Shown: positions 1 to 12,221 of the stretch, piece after piece
Layout of the letters: each line of letters opens with the position of its first letter
Numbering within the stretch: position 1 is the first letter of the stretch
Source: Amoebophrya sp. A120
Taxonomy: Eukaryota; Protista; Dinoflagellata
Direction of reading: 5' to 3'
Assembly: GCA_905178155.1 (NCBI GenBank)
Contig: CAJINV010000016.1
Coordinates: forward strand, 1,083,386-1,147,385
Length of the DNA stretch: 64,000 nucleotides
Made by a program: the position numbers and the translations under genes
Notes under the pieces: model-generated
What the model was told of the DNA's origin: nothing
The model's database searches: none
What the model saw: only the letters and a program-made list of their open reading frames with translations

Positions 1-1223
1 GACTTTTCGTCTGAAAAAGGCAAAAAGACTAAAGTGATCAATTTTGATCAATTCTGAAAGCCAATCCGCATGCTATGGTGCTCTGGAGAGGCTTCGGACC
101 TGTGAAAAAACCTAGCACGAAGCAAAAAAGAGTCCATTTTTGACGATTTTCAAAAGCTAGCCCCGAGCTAACGAGGTTGATTTTTTCGTTCGGACCTGTG
201 AAAAAACTAGTTTTCCGGATCCGGTAGAAACGAGCCTTGATTCTGGCTCCAAAAATTGACCCGTTCCACGACCTGAGTAGGTCTATTCATTACAGAAATA
301 CCAACCCCCCCTAGAAGGGGCGTCTCCTCGTCCTGGTCATCTAGCGGAGAAAGTGATTGTTTTTATTACAAAAAGTGCTGGTTTGTCAAAGATCAAAAGA
401 CAAGAAGAAAGTAGGTTCTTTCTGTGATGCTGCGCCTTTTGTATATGGATCGAATCAGTACCAGTAGGGAGATGTATACTGTACATGTCTAAGGAAACAA
501 CTTTTGTTATAGCTTACGGTCCCGAAAAGCAGCTTCTGCATTCTGGTAGTCCCCATCTCGGACCATTTGATCACGGAACGGGCGGTGGACGTTCGGGGTC
601 GGCCCCAATTCCTCCGCGAGCAGATCACTGGCGAGCTTCAGCAGCTGCGCCTGGATGCTACCACTGCAGTATCACGTAAAAAAAAATGCTCTTTTGCTGG
701 TTCCACAGGATAATGAGGCTTGAAGTTGTGAAGCCTTATCGCCTAATGAAACCAGAAGAGACAGCGGAAGTTTTTCACTATCATATGTTGTGGGTCATCA
801 TCTTCCGCTCCATGGCGCGGTACGCTTCCAAGTTCGGGAAAATATTTATGCATTACAAATCTTGAAAATATCCATTTTATGCATTACAAATGCTACTTAG
901 AATTATGCATCACAAACCTGCCGCAAGATCGTTTTTAATGCGAAAACCAGCACCATGCGCTACAGTTGTTGGTTACAATGGACAGCTTCAAGGTCGTTTT
1001 GGATATCATCTTTCACCATATTGTTGCACATGTGCATCTTGGCGCATTGCATCGCGCCCGGTTTATGAACAAACAAAGAAAATCAAAAAGACACACACGT
1101 AGACTACATCATCATAGTAACCGACAAAATAGGCCACCAATAGAGTGCAGAAGTGGCTTAGACGCACCGCGTGACAGCTCGCTAATGGGCTTGATGACAA
1201 GAAAAGTCATCTTTGATTGCAAC

Positions 1224-1393
1224 GTAGTTCCACCGTGTATAATGTCATGCAGGATGGTGTGGCTGCTCTCTGATAATGATATACATAATTTAACATGACA
1301 CCGTGGTGCGTAATATTATCCACCAGCGGACTACATCCATAATTTTACTCCATGTAGTCAGGTGGTGGATAATGTTATGCAGGATGGTGCTAC
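1224..1393. repeat. Array of three degenerate ~40-bp palindromes
   Basis: Units at 1224-1263, 1295-1334, 1354-1393 resemble those at 2690-2871. Confidence 0.6.
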
Positions 1394-1438
1394 ACGTGCA
1401 TAAATTTAACATTTTTTTTGATTTTCTTTGATTTTCAT

Positions 1439-4154
1439 ACGGCTGGTGCTGGTACCAGGATTCCAAAAGTCGGATGTTGTCGCTTCCCTGGTCGACCATC
1501 TGGTGGCACTCGAAGGCGCCCTTGCTGTTCTGTCGGTCTTGCATAGAATCTGGTTTATTTATCAAATAGGCATTTGTAATGCGGTAATTCACTAGTAAAA
1601 GGCAACCAAAAAACCACTTCTGCATGCGTTTCGTCCAAAGCTAAATTTGTGAAACCCGAAGCCACATAGTAAAGCACCGACATTGACATCGCCAATCGGT
1701 GTGTTCTTGTGTATGAACGTCTCCTGGAATGGTTTCAAGCCGAAGTACTGTGTTAGCAACGCCCAAATCGCACAGGCCAGGAACTGCGTCGCGACCAATT
1801 CACCGCCGTCGTACAACCTGTTGATGGATCCGGTCTGGAAGGCGAGAGCCACCATGCACAGGTCGTTGAACTTGTGTTGCCCCTGCACTTTCCACTCAAG
1901 TATCCTTCTGAAAAGCAGTACTGGCGTCGATTTGTAATGCAAAATAAGCATCAAGCTCTGTACTTTTACTACCTTTGATATGCATTACAAATTGACTACA
2001 GTACTGCTTTTTCACGTGATACGCACCGGCCTTGTGCCGTACGGTGTGCAGCCGAACTTCGGGTCGGACGTGTCAACTTTTCCGCGCCAGAAAACCTGAG
2101 TTGTGACGGCGAGGAGGATGAAAATACTGCCAGCTCATGCATTTGATGTCTTGCGACGGAGGATAGTGCTGCATGATAACGACTTCGTTTGTGATGCAAA
2201 TCCCAGACATGCAAAGTCAATGGATGATGCGACTTGTATTGCTGCACATGATAACAAAAAACATTCAATACGTTTGCCCCAAGAGCCCCGCGGGACCGCA
2301 CCTGCCCTTTGTCGTGGCCCATCGTCACGTGCTTGTAACTGGTTGGCTGCCAGTCGTCCAAATACTCCTGCATCCACCACCACAAATCGTGCCAGTCCGC
2401 TAGGGGGATGAAGTGCAGCAGCATCGTGTACCACATGTGGCGATGGAGGCCGTAAGTCTGATTGTGTTTAGGTGTAGAATTTGCATTCAGAACACCATGC
2501 AGAGTAATATTATTCACCACCTGTAGATGGAGGCTTGGCGGCGCGCTTTCTAGAAGCAGAGAACTATCCGCTTCGTGTCCTTGTCGCCGCGTTTTGAACC
2601 ACTAATAAATGGCCCAGCTAAGCTGGGAAACAGCGCGGCAAAGCAGCAACAACAACAAAACTAGAAAGGAGTCCGCTTTTCTAGGCTCTGTGGCGCCGTC
2701 GTGGATAATGTTATCCACGACGGTATCATTTACAAAGGAGGCGCTACGTTTATGTCGCTCATAGTACCATCGTGGATAATATTCTCCACGACGGCACTGC
2801 AGCCGATCTAGTTTCTAGAATTTTACTTCAAATGGTGCCGTCGTGTATAACGTTATACACGACGGCACCACAGCCGTTAATGTTCAGCAAAAGGCGAAGT
2901 GTAGCTTGGTCTGCAGTGGGTACTGCGCTGCCCTGGGCGCGCACCAGGGCACCCGCTTTTGTGCGTAGTACCAGTCCCACACAGCCGGACTGTGAAAGCG
3001 ACTCACCAAGGAGCAGCAGACGCTGACTGAAAGCCAGCAACTTAGTACGCTTTTTTGTCCACAGGTGGCCAACCCTGATCATCCTGTTATGCTGCAGCCA
3101 TATGGATCATTATCGTCTACTAGAAAAGCAAAAATCTTAGTACTCGTGCTCGCCAGTCGTTGCAGTCACTACCCAACCGTCCTAATTTTGTTTGTGCTTG
3201 GATTTCCAGCGCACACACCGGTATATCGTACAGAAAAGACGAAAGGGAAAGAGCAAAACAGTATCTACAGGCCACGCATCACACTCACGATTTGCTTTTT
3301 CATCATCGCGCGTTCGAAGTCATGCTGAGGGAACAGTGCCTCGAAAATTGTCTCCTTCTATGCTGTTACTGCTCTTTCCTTTCGATTTATTTCATTTTCA
3401 TACGCCGTCATCCAATTCGTCTCGTCCACATTCATCAAAATGTGTCGCCACTCCGAAGCCGCAAACTTCATCACCAGCTCGCCTCCCGGGGCAGTGCGCA
3501 TCCACCACAAGAAGCAAATAGCCTGAGTTTTTGACAATTGAGTGCAATTTGGCATGCATTACAACTTCTTCTCATCAGATGTCGCATGTGATAATTCTTC
3601 ATGCAGAAGAAACAAAAGTGTACCAGTGACTCGGCGGGACCGAACGTTTCTTTCAATTTGTCGGAAAATATCAAGGCAAACACGACAGACGTCTACGACA
3701 GCTTCTAGCGCTTAGCTAGAGGGCAGCAACGTAGACGTCTGACCAGGGGATTCAAATTCATACGGAGAAACAGCGTATTCCGGCACCACATGCGGACGAT
3801 GGTCTGTAACCAATACAGGTAATTCGCGTACCCCGGTGGACACAGCGTCTTCAAGTAAAATTTCGCTCTTCCGGTGTGGATGCACCTCATCGGTTTCGAC
3901 CACGTCGTATCACGCGCAGGCGCGTATCTCTGCGCGTTGCCGCCCCCTATCTGCAGATGCCCGTGCCCCGCTGGTGGTATGCCAGCAAGCGGAAATGGAT
4001 TGAGTCCCAGGACGACGGGTGCTCCTGGTGCAAGTTGGACCGGTCCGGGGACATATTGATTTGGTTGCGGATTTGGGTGTTGTAAAAGGTGGACGGCGAT
4101 GGGGTTGGGCGGGCCGTTGTTCGGATTCCCCTGGAGCGGCGCGAGCCCGTTCAT
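1439..4154 (-). CDS. Putative multi-exon gene of unknown function (exon structure only partly resolved)
   Basis: GC-rich coding-like blocks (~4154-3625, 3520-3430, 2455-2272, 1908-1620, 1550-1440) separated by AT-rich segments that mostly begin GT and end AG on the minus strand; no family recognised. Confidence 0.3.
2688..2873. repeat. Array of three 40-bp palindromes with 31-bp unique spacers (period 71)
   Basis: Units 2690-2729, 2761-2800, 2832-2871; 2835-2868 GTGCCGTCGTGTATAACGTTATACACGACGGCAC is a perfect palindrome; array bounded by CTGTGG...CCACAG. Confidence 0.85.
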
Positions 4155-5200
4155 TTTCAAGTGGATGCAGCTAGCTCTTTAGCCAGCTGTGAATCAAAAC
4201 ATCAGGGGACTTACTTAATCTTACGACAAAAACTACATCTATATTACGCGGAAACTACGACGCTGTTCTGCTGTGGTGCCGAAGATGCGACGTGGTGTGC
4301 GACGGGTCTTTTCACTTGGTCCTGTGCAAGTACACCCAAAATAATGACGCTTTGGACGACCCGAGACATGTACTATATTACTCGAACCGCATAAATGAAA
4401 CGGAGCAACCGAGACCGGATTTGAATGGTGTGGTGCCGATCGCGTCGAACATCCTCGCAACAAACCTCACAAAAGCACTACCATTCGACCGAACAACACT
4501 CGCACCCGCTGCTCCTATCCAGCAGAGTGATTTTCTCTCACAATCGGTATATTTTTATTTTTTTTCGCTCTTAACTGACGCCAAGTGCCATTTTGTTCCC
4601 GTGTAGATCTTCCTGATAGGTGCTTTATACATGTCAGAAATGCTGAGTATGTCCTCTCTGTAATCAGCTTCTGAGTTTCAGCATATGCACCAAATCTAAA
4701 GCTTCAACACCAGCTCGTTGGCTGCGGCCGGCCCCACAGGTCGTGATCAAAGTCATCTGATGGAGAAGCTATTTTGGTTGAAATACGGCCTAAATCAGGT
4801 TGACATCCTGTACATTTCGTGTTGGATGAAGCTCCTTTATGTTCCTGATTCTAGGAAAAGTCGTTGTATTTACAATACAAATACTCAAGTTCGAAACTTT
4901 TTATATTTAAATTTTAAAACAGTAAAATGTGATGCATTTTTTCAAACATAAGCCAGACCACACGAGTACAAGATGCGGGATCTGTCCTCATGCAGGCTGG
5001 AAGAGGGCGTGACTGATTCCTAAGTGACCACCTGTATTTGGTGGCCACTAAAAACAAAAGAAAACTCTGATACTTCTTCATTTTGAAATTAAGATTGCTG
5101 TAATTTTGTTGTAAACAACACTAACAGATCGAAATTTCCTAAATTCTTTATTCTCAAATTTTCCTTCTCCACCACGACGTCAGCCTGCTTCGAAACCACT

Positions 5201-7312
5201 TTAGCCGGTGACCTTCTTCGCCCGCGGCTTTCGCTTGGGCTTCACCTCCTCCACGGTCTCCTCGTCCTGCTGGGTCATGTCCTCGGACAGCATCGAGTTG
5301 GGCATGGTCGACTGCGTCTCAGAAGCATCTTTATGAACCACAAACGCTATTATCATGCATCTTTTTCTCGCTCTTATACATGTTTTTCAAGCCAACACCT
5401 ACCAGGATTTGGCTTCTGCATGAGTAATGTGGGAGGAGAACTGCAAACACACACACTTATTTGTGGCGCATAAGATGAATCCTTCTTTTTGGCCTTCTTC
5501 TCACGGGTGGCTTTGTTGCCGACCGGCTTTTGTTCCTTTTCATCGCGCTTCTTCACGACACTGGACTCGGACGGCTTGCGGTTGCTGGACGGCGGGGGCT
5601 CCACCTCCTTGGACCGCAACTTCACATTGGCCGGGGTCCCCACCACGGCTTCGTCCACCGGGTTCTGGCCGAAGGGCGGGTCCGAGAACAACGCGTCCAA
5701 TTCGTCCAGCGGTTTCTCGAGAATGGGGCTTTCAGCAAACCAGCTGCTGTCCATCGCGGGGATTTGGGGGGACGGCCCGACAAGGTCGATGCCGCTGGTG
5801 TTCATCCGGGGGGTCATCGCGGACTCCCCCGGAACGTGCGCCACCTGGTTTTTATCAAAATAAAATTTAAAGATTGCAAAGCACGCAGCTTCTGAGGTAG
5901 TGGTCTATGTAACCGATATCATGCGGCTTTATTTTCTCAAACTACAAAACGACCTGGCTGAAATCGAGATACAGCTACACAATAAACATAAAAAAATTAA
6001 ATTCCAATCAGATAGTACTGTGGACGCCGGGATGGTGGGCGCGGACATACTCAGCATGCCGTTCATCATGGGGTTCGGCTGGTGGCTCGGGGTGAAGTTC
6101 AACTGTTGCACCGGCGACGGGGTAATGGCACCACTGCCGGCGGCGGACATCCCGCTGTTCATCAACATGTTCGCCATCGGAGTTTGACAACCAAATCCCG
6201 TCGGGGTCATTCCGCCGTTCATCAGCGCGAGCATCCCCTGCGGAGTGGAGGCACCAGACTGCATCATCGGCATCATGGGTTTGATGTGGATGTCGGAGGA
6301 ACCCGTGGGAAAGAACTGCGAGGTGATGTTCGGCCCCTGGACCTGCGTGTACTGATATCCATACGAAAATCGCGAGTCAATACACACCCAGAGATCAGCA
6401 TTTTGCTACTAGTTAGGCACTTGTTAGAAAGGTGAAAACGCTAGCATTCATATGCTACAACATGCGCAGCAACTGACTGCGAACAAGTGCAGTACTGACT
6501 CGAGATTTTCAGACCATATGACCGTCGTCATCTTTTCCTTTCCAATTTTCCGAAATTATGCTGATAAACTCCTTGACTAAACGCTGTTTTTTTGAATCCA
6601 CGACGCAGATCTGCATAAAGAACAAAGGATGTGATGCTAGTATCCTTTTAGACGAGGAGTTTCATCAGCATAAGATCATGAACAGGGCCAACCCGTACTC
6701 GCACCGAAATCCTTGGATCGGGGCCACGGAAAACACCTTTTTTTTAAATTTAGAAAATAAAATGAATAACTTTTGCACTGATCGCGCATGACAAGCAACG
6801 TTGTGCATACCATATGGACCACTGTCATGCAGCAAGTAAAAGTGTAAGACGCAATACCATGTACGGCGACAGTCCGCAGAGAAAGACGAACTGACACCAC
6901 TGGGACCGGCAGGTGATGGCCTCGGTGACATCGTCCAGCGGCTGCTCACAACAGCAGCTCATCGTGTTGTGGCACTGGTTGGGCAACAAGTGGACCAGTT
7001 CTGTGATGTTAAAAACAAATACTACACTTCTAAATTTTGTCAATCCAAAAACGCATAATTTGTCATGCAACGCATCAAGTCACGTACTACTCACCAAAAC
7101 ATAATAAAGAATAAGCATATACGCTGGGTGGCTCCGGTGAACGGCTGCTTCGAGATGGCCTCGATCGGGGTGATTCCTTGTTGCACCTGGGCCATGCGAT
7201 CCTCTTCTTCTTGGATCATCTGCTTCACCATCGCTTTTTGGTTGGCGGTCCAGCGCCGGACCTGGATTTGCGTTGGCACACCGCCAGCCGGAGGAGCCAT
7301 AACAGCACGCAT
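5201..7312 (-). CDS. Multi-exon gene, Met/Pro-rich middle and Lys-rich C-terminus, unknown function
   Basis: High-GC3 exons (7312-7123, ~7000-6898, ~6352-6019, ~5844-5475, ~5320-5201); GT-AG intron 7122-7001 keeps frame; stop at 5203-5201. Confidence 0.55.
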
Positions 7313-8053
7313 CTTTTGTTCCGCGATTGATATTATTTTGCTTCAGTCACTCGTTTAAAAGTAGTTTCTTTTCCTAAATCCAAGCAGTCAATCAGCACAA
7401 AAGCAAAAACCAAAACGAAAGAACCGACTTGACCCAAAATCAACGAGACGAGGCACGACGAGATCGAACAGACAATCTATGACATTGAAAAAGCATGTCT
7501 GTGGTGGTGTATGTAGACGACCCAAAGTCCTCACGGGTACGCTTTAGATCGAAGAGAACACCCAAAAAATAGAGCTTTCTTGCGCGCAGTGTTAGAGTTG
7601 CAACCTTTGCAGTGCTATTTTTCTTCTTTATGATCAAGACGTTCGCGCCTTTTTTCTATTTCTTTAAATCCGACGTCAAGACTACTATCTACACACAGCA
7701 CACCTTCCACATACTCAGTTTTTCAAAACGTAACAACTCGAAGTCACATCATAGCAGCACAGCCACAGCTTTTTTTCCTTTCATCTTCGCGCAGCACAGC
7801 TCCACTTGCCGCATCAGCACCTTCGCCGTACCGCCGGTGGATTTAGCGTTTAGGGACGCATCCGCAAAGGACCTGGGCGACCTTCTAACTAGCTAGTTTA
7901 ATGTGTGGGTTTTGAACTACGTATTTTAAATGAACATTCTTCAAAAAATAGTAGCTACTTTTTTTTAAAAATAGTGCTGAAGTTAATTCCTGAGCGGGTT
8001 ATAATGTCCGTGGCCTGGTTATAACGGGCTTCGTCCATCGATTGTGCCACTAG

Positions 8054-11000
8054 GGCCTTGTGTTCCGGCTACTCCGGAAGATCGCAATCGATGGAGGGCG
8101 GGACCTGCACCGGCGACAGGCGCTATCCAACCAACCAACCAACCAACCAAGTCTCAGAATCTTCCAGGCCCAGACATTTTTACATTTGATAGGCCAAGAA
8201 CCGGGGCAACTACCCGAACAAACTGAACGAGTTCTTGGCGCGGGAGTTTGCTGAGCAGGAGAAAATCATGCGCAAAAAGCTGCAAAAGAAAACAGACAAA
8301 ATAATTTCTGCGCAAGAGACGAAGTTGGAGCTGCGATCTCAACAAAAAAAGGGCAAAGCAGGCAGTGGGAAAAACACAAAGGGGGCAGCACATGAGCAGG
8401 CCGAAAAAATCGTCGTGGAGGCGGGTTGCGGTCCGAAGAACTCTAAGCAAATGCTAACGCTGTGCCCGGCGTCGACGAGAGTCATCAAATCAACTTCCTT
8501 TTTGCAAGCCGACGACATCAAGACGGAAATTTTGCAAGCCGTCTTTAATGTCGATACCCCAAGCAAACTCCTCAACTCTGCTGCCGAAGCACAGCGCTTG
8601 ATTAGCGATATTGAGAGGAAAAATCCCCCCTCCCCATATTGAAAAGGTATGTTTCCAAAAATTTGTCGTGTTGCGGATTTGAGGTCACAAATCACATCTG
8701 TCTTGCAAGAAGACACGGGCAGAAGCTTCCAACCCATTTCCATTATGGGAGCGATTTGTCATGCTGTTGGGCCTAAAGGGGGGCCGTTTGCCATGCTGAA
8801 CTACTAGACCCATACGCCCCTAGCTAGCCTGGGGGTCTGGCTGCAGTGCCTCTCTGCAATACAAAGCAGATTTGTGGGCACAAATCAGCATCACAAATTT
8901 CCGTTTTGAGATGGGGAGGGGGGATTTTTCATTTTGATAAGCGCGCGCGGGTATTCGGAGAAAGATGCTGACGGGAATCCCAGGGTGTCAATTTTGCCGT
9001 ATCAAAGTGAAAAAAGCCCCCACCCCATGTCGGAAACGGAAGATGCGCGAATTTGTGATGCTGTATTTGAGTACACAAATCGACTGGTATTGCTAGAAGG
9101 CCAAGAGACGAAGCTGCGGCCTAAATTGCAGGTAATCTGTCATGCTGTTTCCCACTTCCAGTTGCCTCCTGTCATCCCGGAGCTGCAAGGCTTTGCCACC
9201 CTAGACAGCACTACAGTCCGCATCTTTTGCCTTCTAGCATCACAAAGCTGATTTGTGACCACAAATCTGCATCACAGATTTCCGCTTTGATATGGGGAGG
9301 GGGCATTTTTCATTGCAATATGCCTCTTAACGTGGCGGCACTTGTTTCTTACGGCGAAAACAAGCTGTCCGGTGCAGTAGAAGACCGGCTGACGCCGGAC
9401 AAGGGTAGAGATGACAACGAGAAGGGTTTCGTGCAGAGAAAGGTGGAGGAAGCTATTGGACTGATGGGCGGCACGGTATATGAATTGCAAATGTGTCTGG
9501 GTTTGGAAGAATGCAAGTCCAAGTTTGTCATGCTTGTCATCTCACATGATGATGATTCTTAAATCTGTAATGCATGAGCAGGAAAAATAAAGGCTGGCAG
9601 CTTTTCCTTTTTTCTGTCATGCAAATATGCAGTTTGTCATGCGCAAAGCGAAATACACAGGAGCTCCAAAACTTGTCACGCGTGGCTGGATGCTCGCTGC
9701 AATGCGCCCACCGTTCTTCACAAACTAGCGTCACAAGTTTCCAGACCCAGACACATTTGCAATGCATACGGTAGAAAACCTGGTCGAAGCGGTTTTGTCG
9801 GGTGTGTTTGTGCGGATTACCGACCCAAGACTGTCAGGATATGCATTGCAAATATGCCTGGGCCTGGAGGGATGAGGATGTAACTTGTGCTCCTGGTTTT
9901 GGATTCTGAAAAAAATTGTATTGCATGAGCAGGATGTGGAGTCCAGTTTTTGCAACGCGGAATGGCATTTCTCATGTGGTATAGGCATCAGGAAGTAGCC
10001 GTCGCAAATTCTGTGATGCTAGGGCATGCCTCACAGACGTCAGGAGTCATGCAAAAGGTGCATGGCAAGCCTTGCATCTTCCTTCCAGACCCAGACATGT
10101 TTGCATCTGATACATCAGAAGTTGAGACGACTGAAAAACAGCAGCAAGGAATTTTCAAGTTGAAGCACCCTCAAAAGCAGCAGGGCTCGAGCCAACGGCT
10201 GCACCGCCTTCCGGAAATGGTGCAGCGTGACATTTTCGGCGGTGAACGTGTTAAGGAGTGCAACGAAGAAGTGTGGGTCTGGAATGAAATTCTCTTTTTA
10301 TTGCTGGTTCAGGAATCATGAGGACGGCGACGGCGCAACCAAAAACTGACGGACAATCCTAGTTGAAGTTGTGTTTGAGTATTGTTGCTTTCCATTCAGA
10401 AGTTTCTGCATGACGAGCGCCATAGCTGCAAACTGCTTTTTTCGTGACAAAAAAATGAAGAAGTAGCTTTTTGGCAGCGTGCATGAGAGACTTGCTAGCC
10501 AGCAAGCATCACAAAGAACTAGATATGCGTTTACTTTGTTCCAGACCCAGACAACATATTTACACTTGATGCGCGAGCTCAAAAGGCAACTGAGCTTGAC
10601 CTTGGACGGGCAGAGCCGAGGGACGAGAAGCGACGATCGCAGAACAGTGCTGGATGTTCGCGGCAAGGGCGGGCTGGTCGACGTGTGGCCGCTCGTAACA
10701 CTGACGCTGGGCGTAGTGGATGTCCTGGATCAGTTGCTCCCCGCACAGTCGATACTTGATAAGCCGCAAGTGTTCGCGCAGATCGAGAATGTGCTCACCG
10801 ACTTGGTGGTTCCAAAGTTGAACGAGCTCTTCGACCTGAGATTTTTTCAGAACTTGCTGGTCAGCTTCGACTTTTTTCGGCGAGCCTACTTGCAAATCGA
10901 TCAGAAGCCTGCGCAGTGCTCAGTGGAACAACTCCTGGACCCTGGCGCCAGCGCAACCTGTCGTGCCCTGAGAGGGTCAACATCTCCAAACCAGAGTCCA

Positions 11001-11177
11001 GAAGCAACAAAAGCACAAGCAGCGACTTGCCCCTGTCGTTGGGTTTCGTTCGAGACCGCGAAGAACTGCCCCAGAGCTCTGTGGTCCGAAGTTGATTCTA
11101 CTTCGCGCGAGGGTTCTCGAAGACCTCTCGCGGAGCAGGATGACGCGACTCTTCTGCCTATCCATTGCAAAGATTGA
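8054..11177 (+). CDS. Hypothetical protein interrupted by 6 introners (5' end not located)
   Basis: ORF pieces 8060, 8235, 8934, 9227, 9950, 10479 join in frame after removing each element+5 nt (e.g. ...RLISARGYSEK...VSILPLNVAAL...MGGTVENLVEA...). Confidence 0.75.
8124..8191. mobile_element. Minimal 68-bp introner, family B remnant with (CCAA)n
   Basis: TAT...ATA; right TIR intact; DR GGCGC/GGCCA; 73-nt removal restores frame. Confidence 0.65.
8609..8939. mobile_element. Introner family F
   Basis: TIR core AAAAATCCCCCCTCCCCAT; DR AGCGA/AGCGC. Confidence 0.9.
9000..9320. mobile_element. Introner family F (opposite orientation to 8609)
   Basis: TAT...ATA TIR; DR TGCCG/TGCCT. Confidence 0.9.
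9479..9768. mobile_element. Introner family B
   Basis: TIR TATGAATTGCAAATGTGTCTGGGTTTGGAA; perfect DR CGGTA. Confidence 0.93.
9840..10112. mobile_element. Introner family B
   Basis: Family B TIR; DR CAGGA/CATCA; frame restored. Confidence 0.85.
10252..10571. mobile_element. Degenerate introner family B
   Basis: TGGGTCTGGAA...TTCCAGACCCA; ends TAA...ATG; DR CGTGT/CGCGA; frame restored. Confidence 0.7.
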
Positions 11178-12121
11178 TATCTGGGTCCTCTGGGAAAGCG
11201 GGACCGCTGAAGCTTGTTTTGCATTTCTGCAAAATCTTGATCATGTTCTGTGTTGCATGACCAAGAACAAAAGTGGCGCCCGATTCGCCATGCAAAAACG
11301 CAGTGTGTATGTACTGTAGTGAGGTCACCGGACGGCTCTAGCCGGGGAGTTTTTTTGACATTTACCGAGAAAAACGGCCGGCGTTTTTCAATCGGCCGGA
11401 AGTGTTTTTGAACGCAAAGAGTTTTGATTTATCAATCGGTCGGGGCGTTGCCAACAAACAAGCCCGGTCGAATTCTATCGACTTCCAATCGATGGATAAA
11501 ACGACGCAGGGGAGCTGGCAAAAGTGGCGCCCTTCTGGGGCGACCCGCGCACCTAATTCAGCCGATTTGGGGCGCGAAAGCAAAGTCCGCGAAAAGGTGA
11601 AAGCCATGCCGCATGTTATGGCCCCGATTTTGGGTGCCCATAAGGTCGGCCCTGGTGGAGCCCCTGGCGGGGCCGTACCGTGCGGGAAAGCGTTTCGTCT
11701 CTGAAAGGAGCGGAGGCGTGATTTTTCAACAGAAAAAAACCAAAGAACGCAAATGCCGCCACTGGCAGCAAGCTAATCCGGATGCTACGGGCCCGATTTG
11801 GGGCGCCCAAGGGGCCGACCCTCGCGGAGGCCCTAGCGGGGCCATCATGGCATGTGGGAAGGCCTTCTGGCTATGCAGGCTGACTGGAAGCGGGCGACTT
11901 GTGGCCGCGATATCTATCTACCGCCCCCGACGCCATGCAGGGCAACGCGTCGGGGGCTGACAGTCGAAAAAGCCATTGTGTCCTCACTACCCCCAGGGAC
12001 GCGGCAACTCTTGGCATTGAGTAGTCTATTAGATTGGTGATCATGAGGATCAAGATTTTAGATGCGTTTGCGTACACCGCGTACTGCTAGCTTCTTCTAC
12101 GCACAAGCAAGCGCGCTATAA

Positions 12122-12221
12122 ACTTGTCATGCATGGCAGCACGACCTGGATCCGGTTCAACTTGAATGATCCGGAGTTCAGCGTCTCAAGTATCCAGACC
12201 CAGACATGTTGGCAGTGCATA
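12122..12221. mobile_element. Right part of a family B introner (left end not found)
   Basis: TCCAGACCCAGACATGTTGGCAGTGCATA directly before a coding exon. Confidence 0.5.

Noticed and set aside
1235-1250. loxP-like core GTGTATAATGTCATGC
   Set aside because: Short partial resemblance within a degenerate palindrome; the arms do not match loxP
2688-2873. True CRISPR array
   Set aside because: Only three non-identical, fully palindromic units; no cas genes; eukaryotic context. Kept as a repeat.
8609-9320. TA target duplication (Tc1/mariner) or a 4-bp duplication model
   Set aside because: 28 elements show perfect 5-bp DRs outside the TAT...ATA ends, so the TA belongs to the TIR
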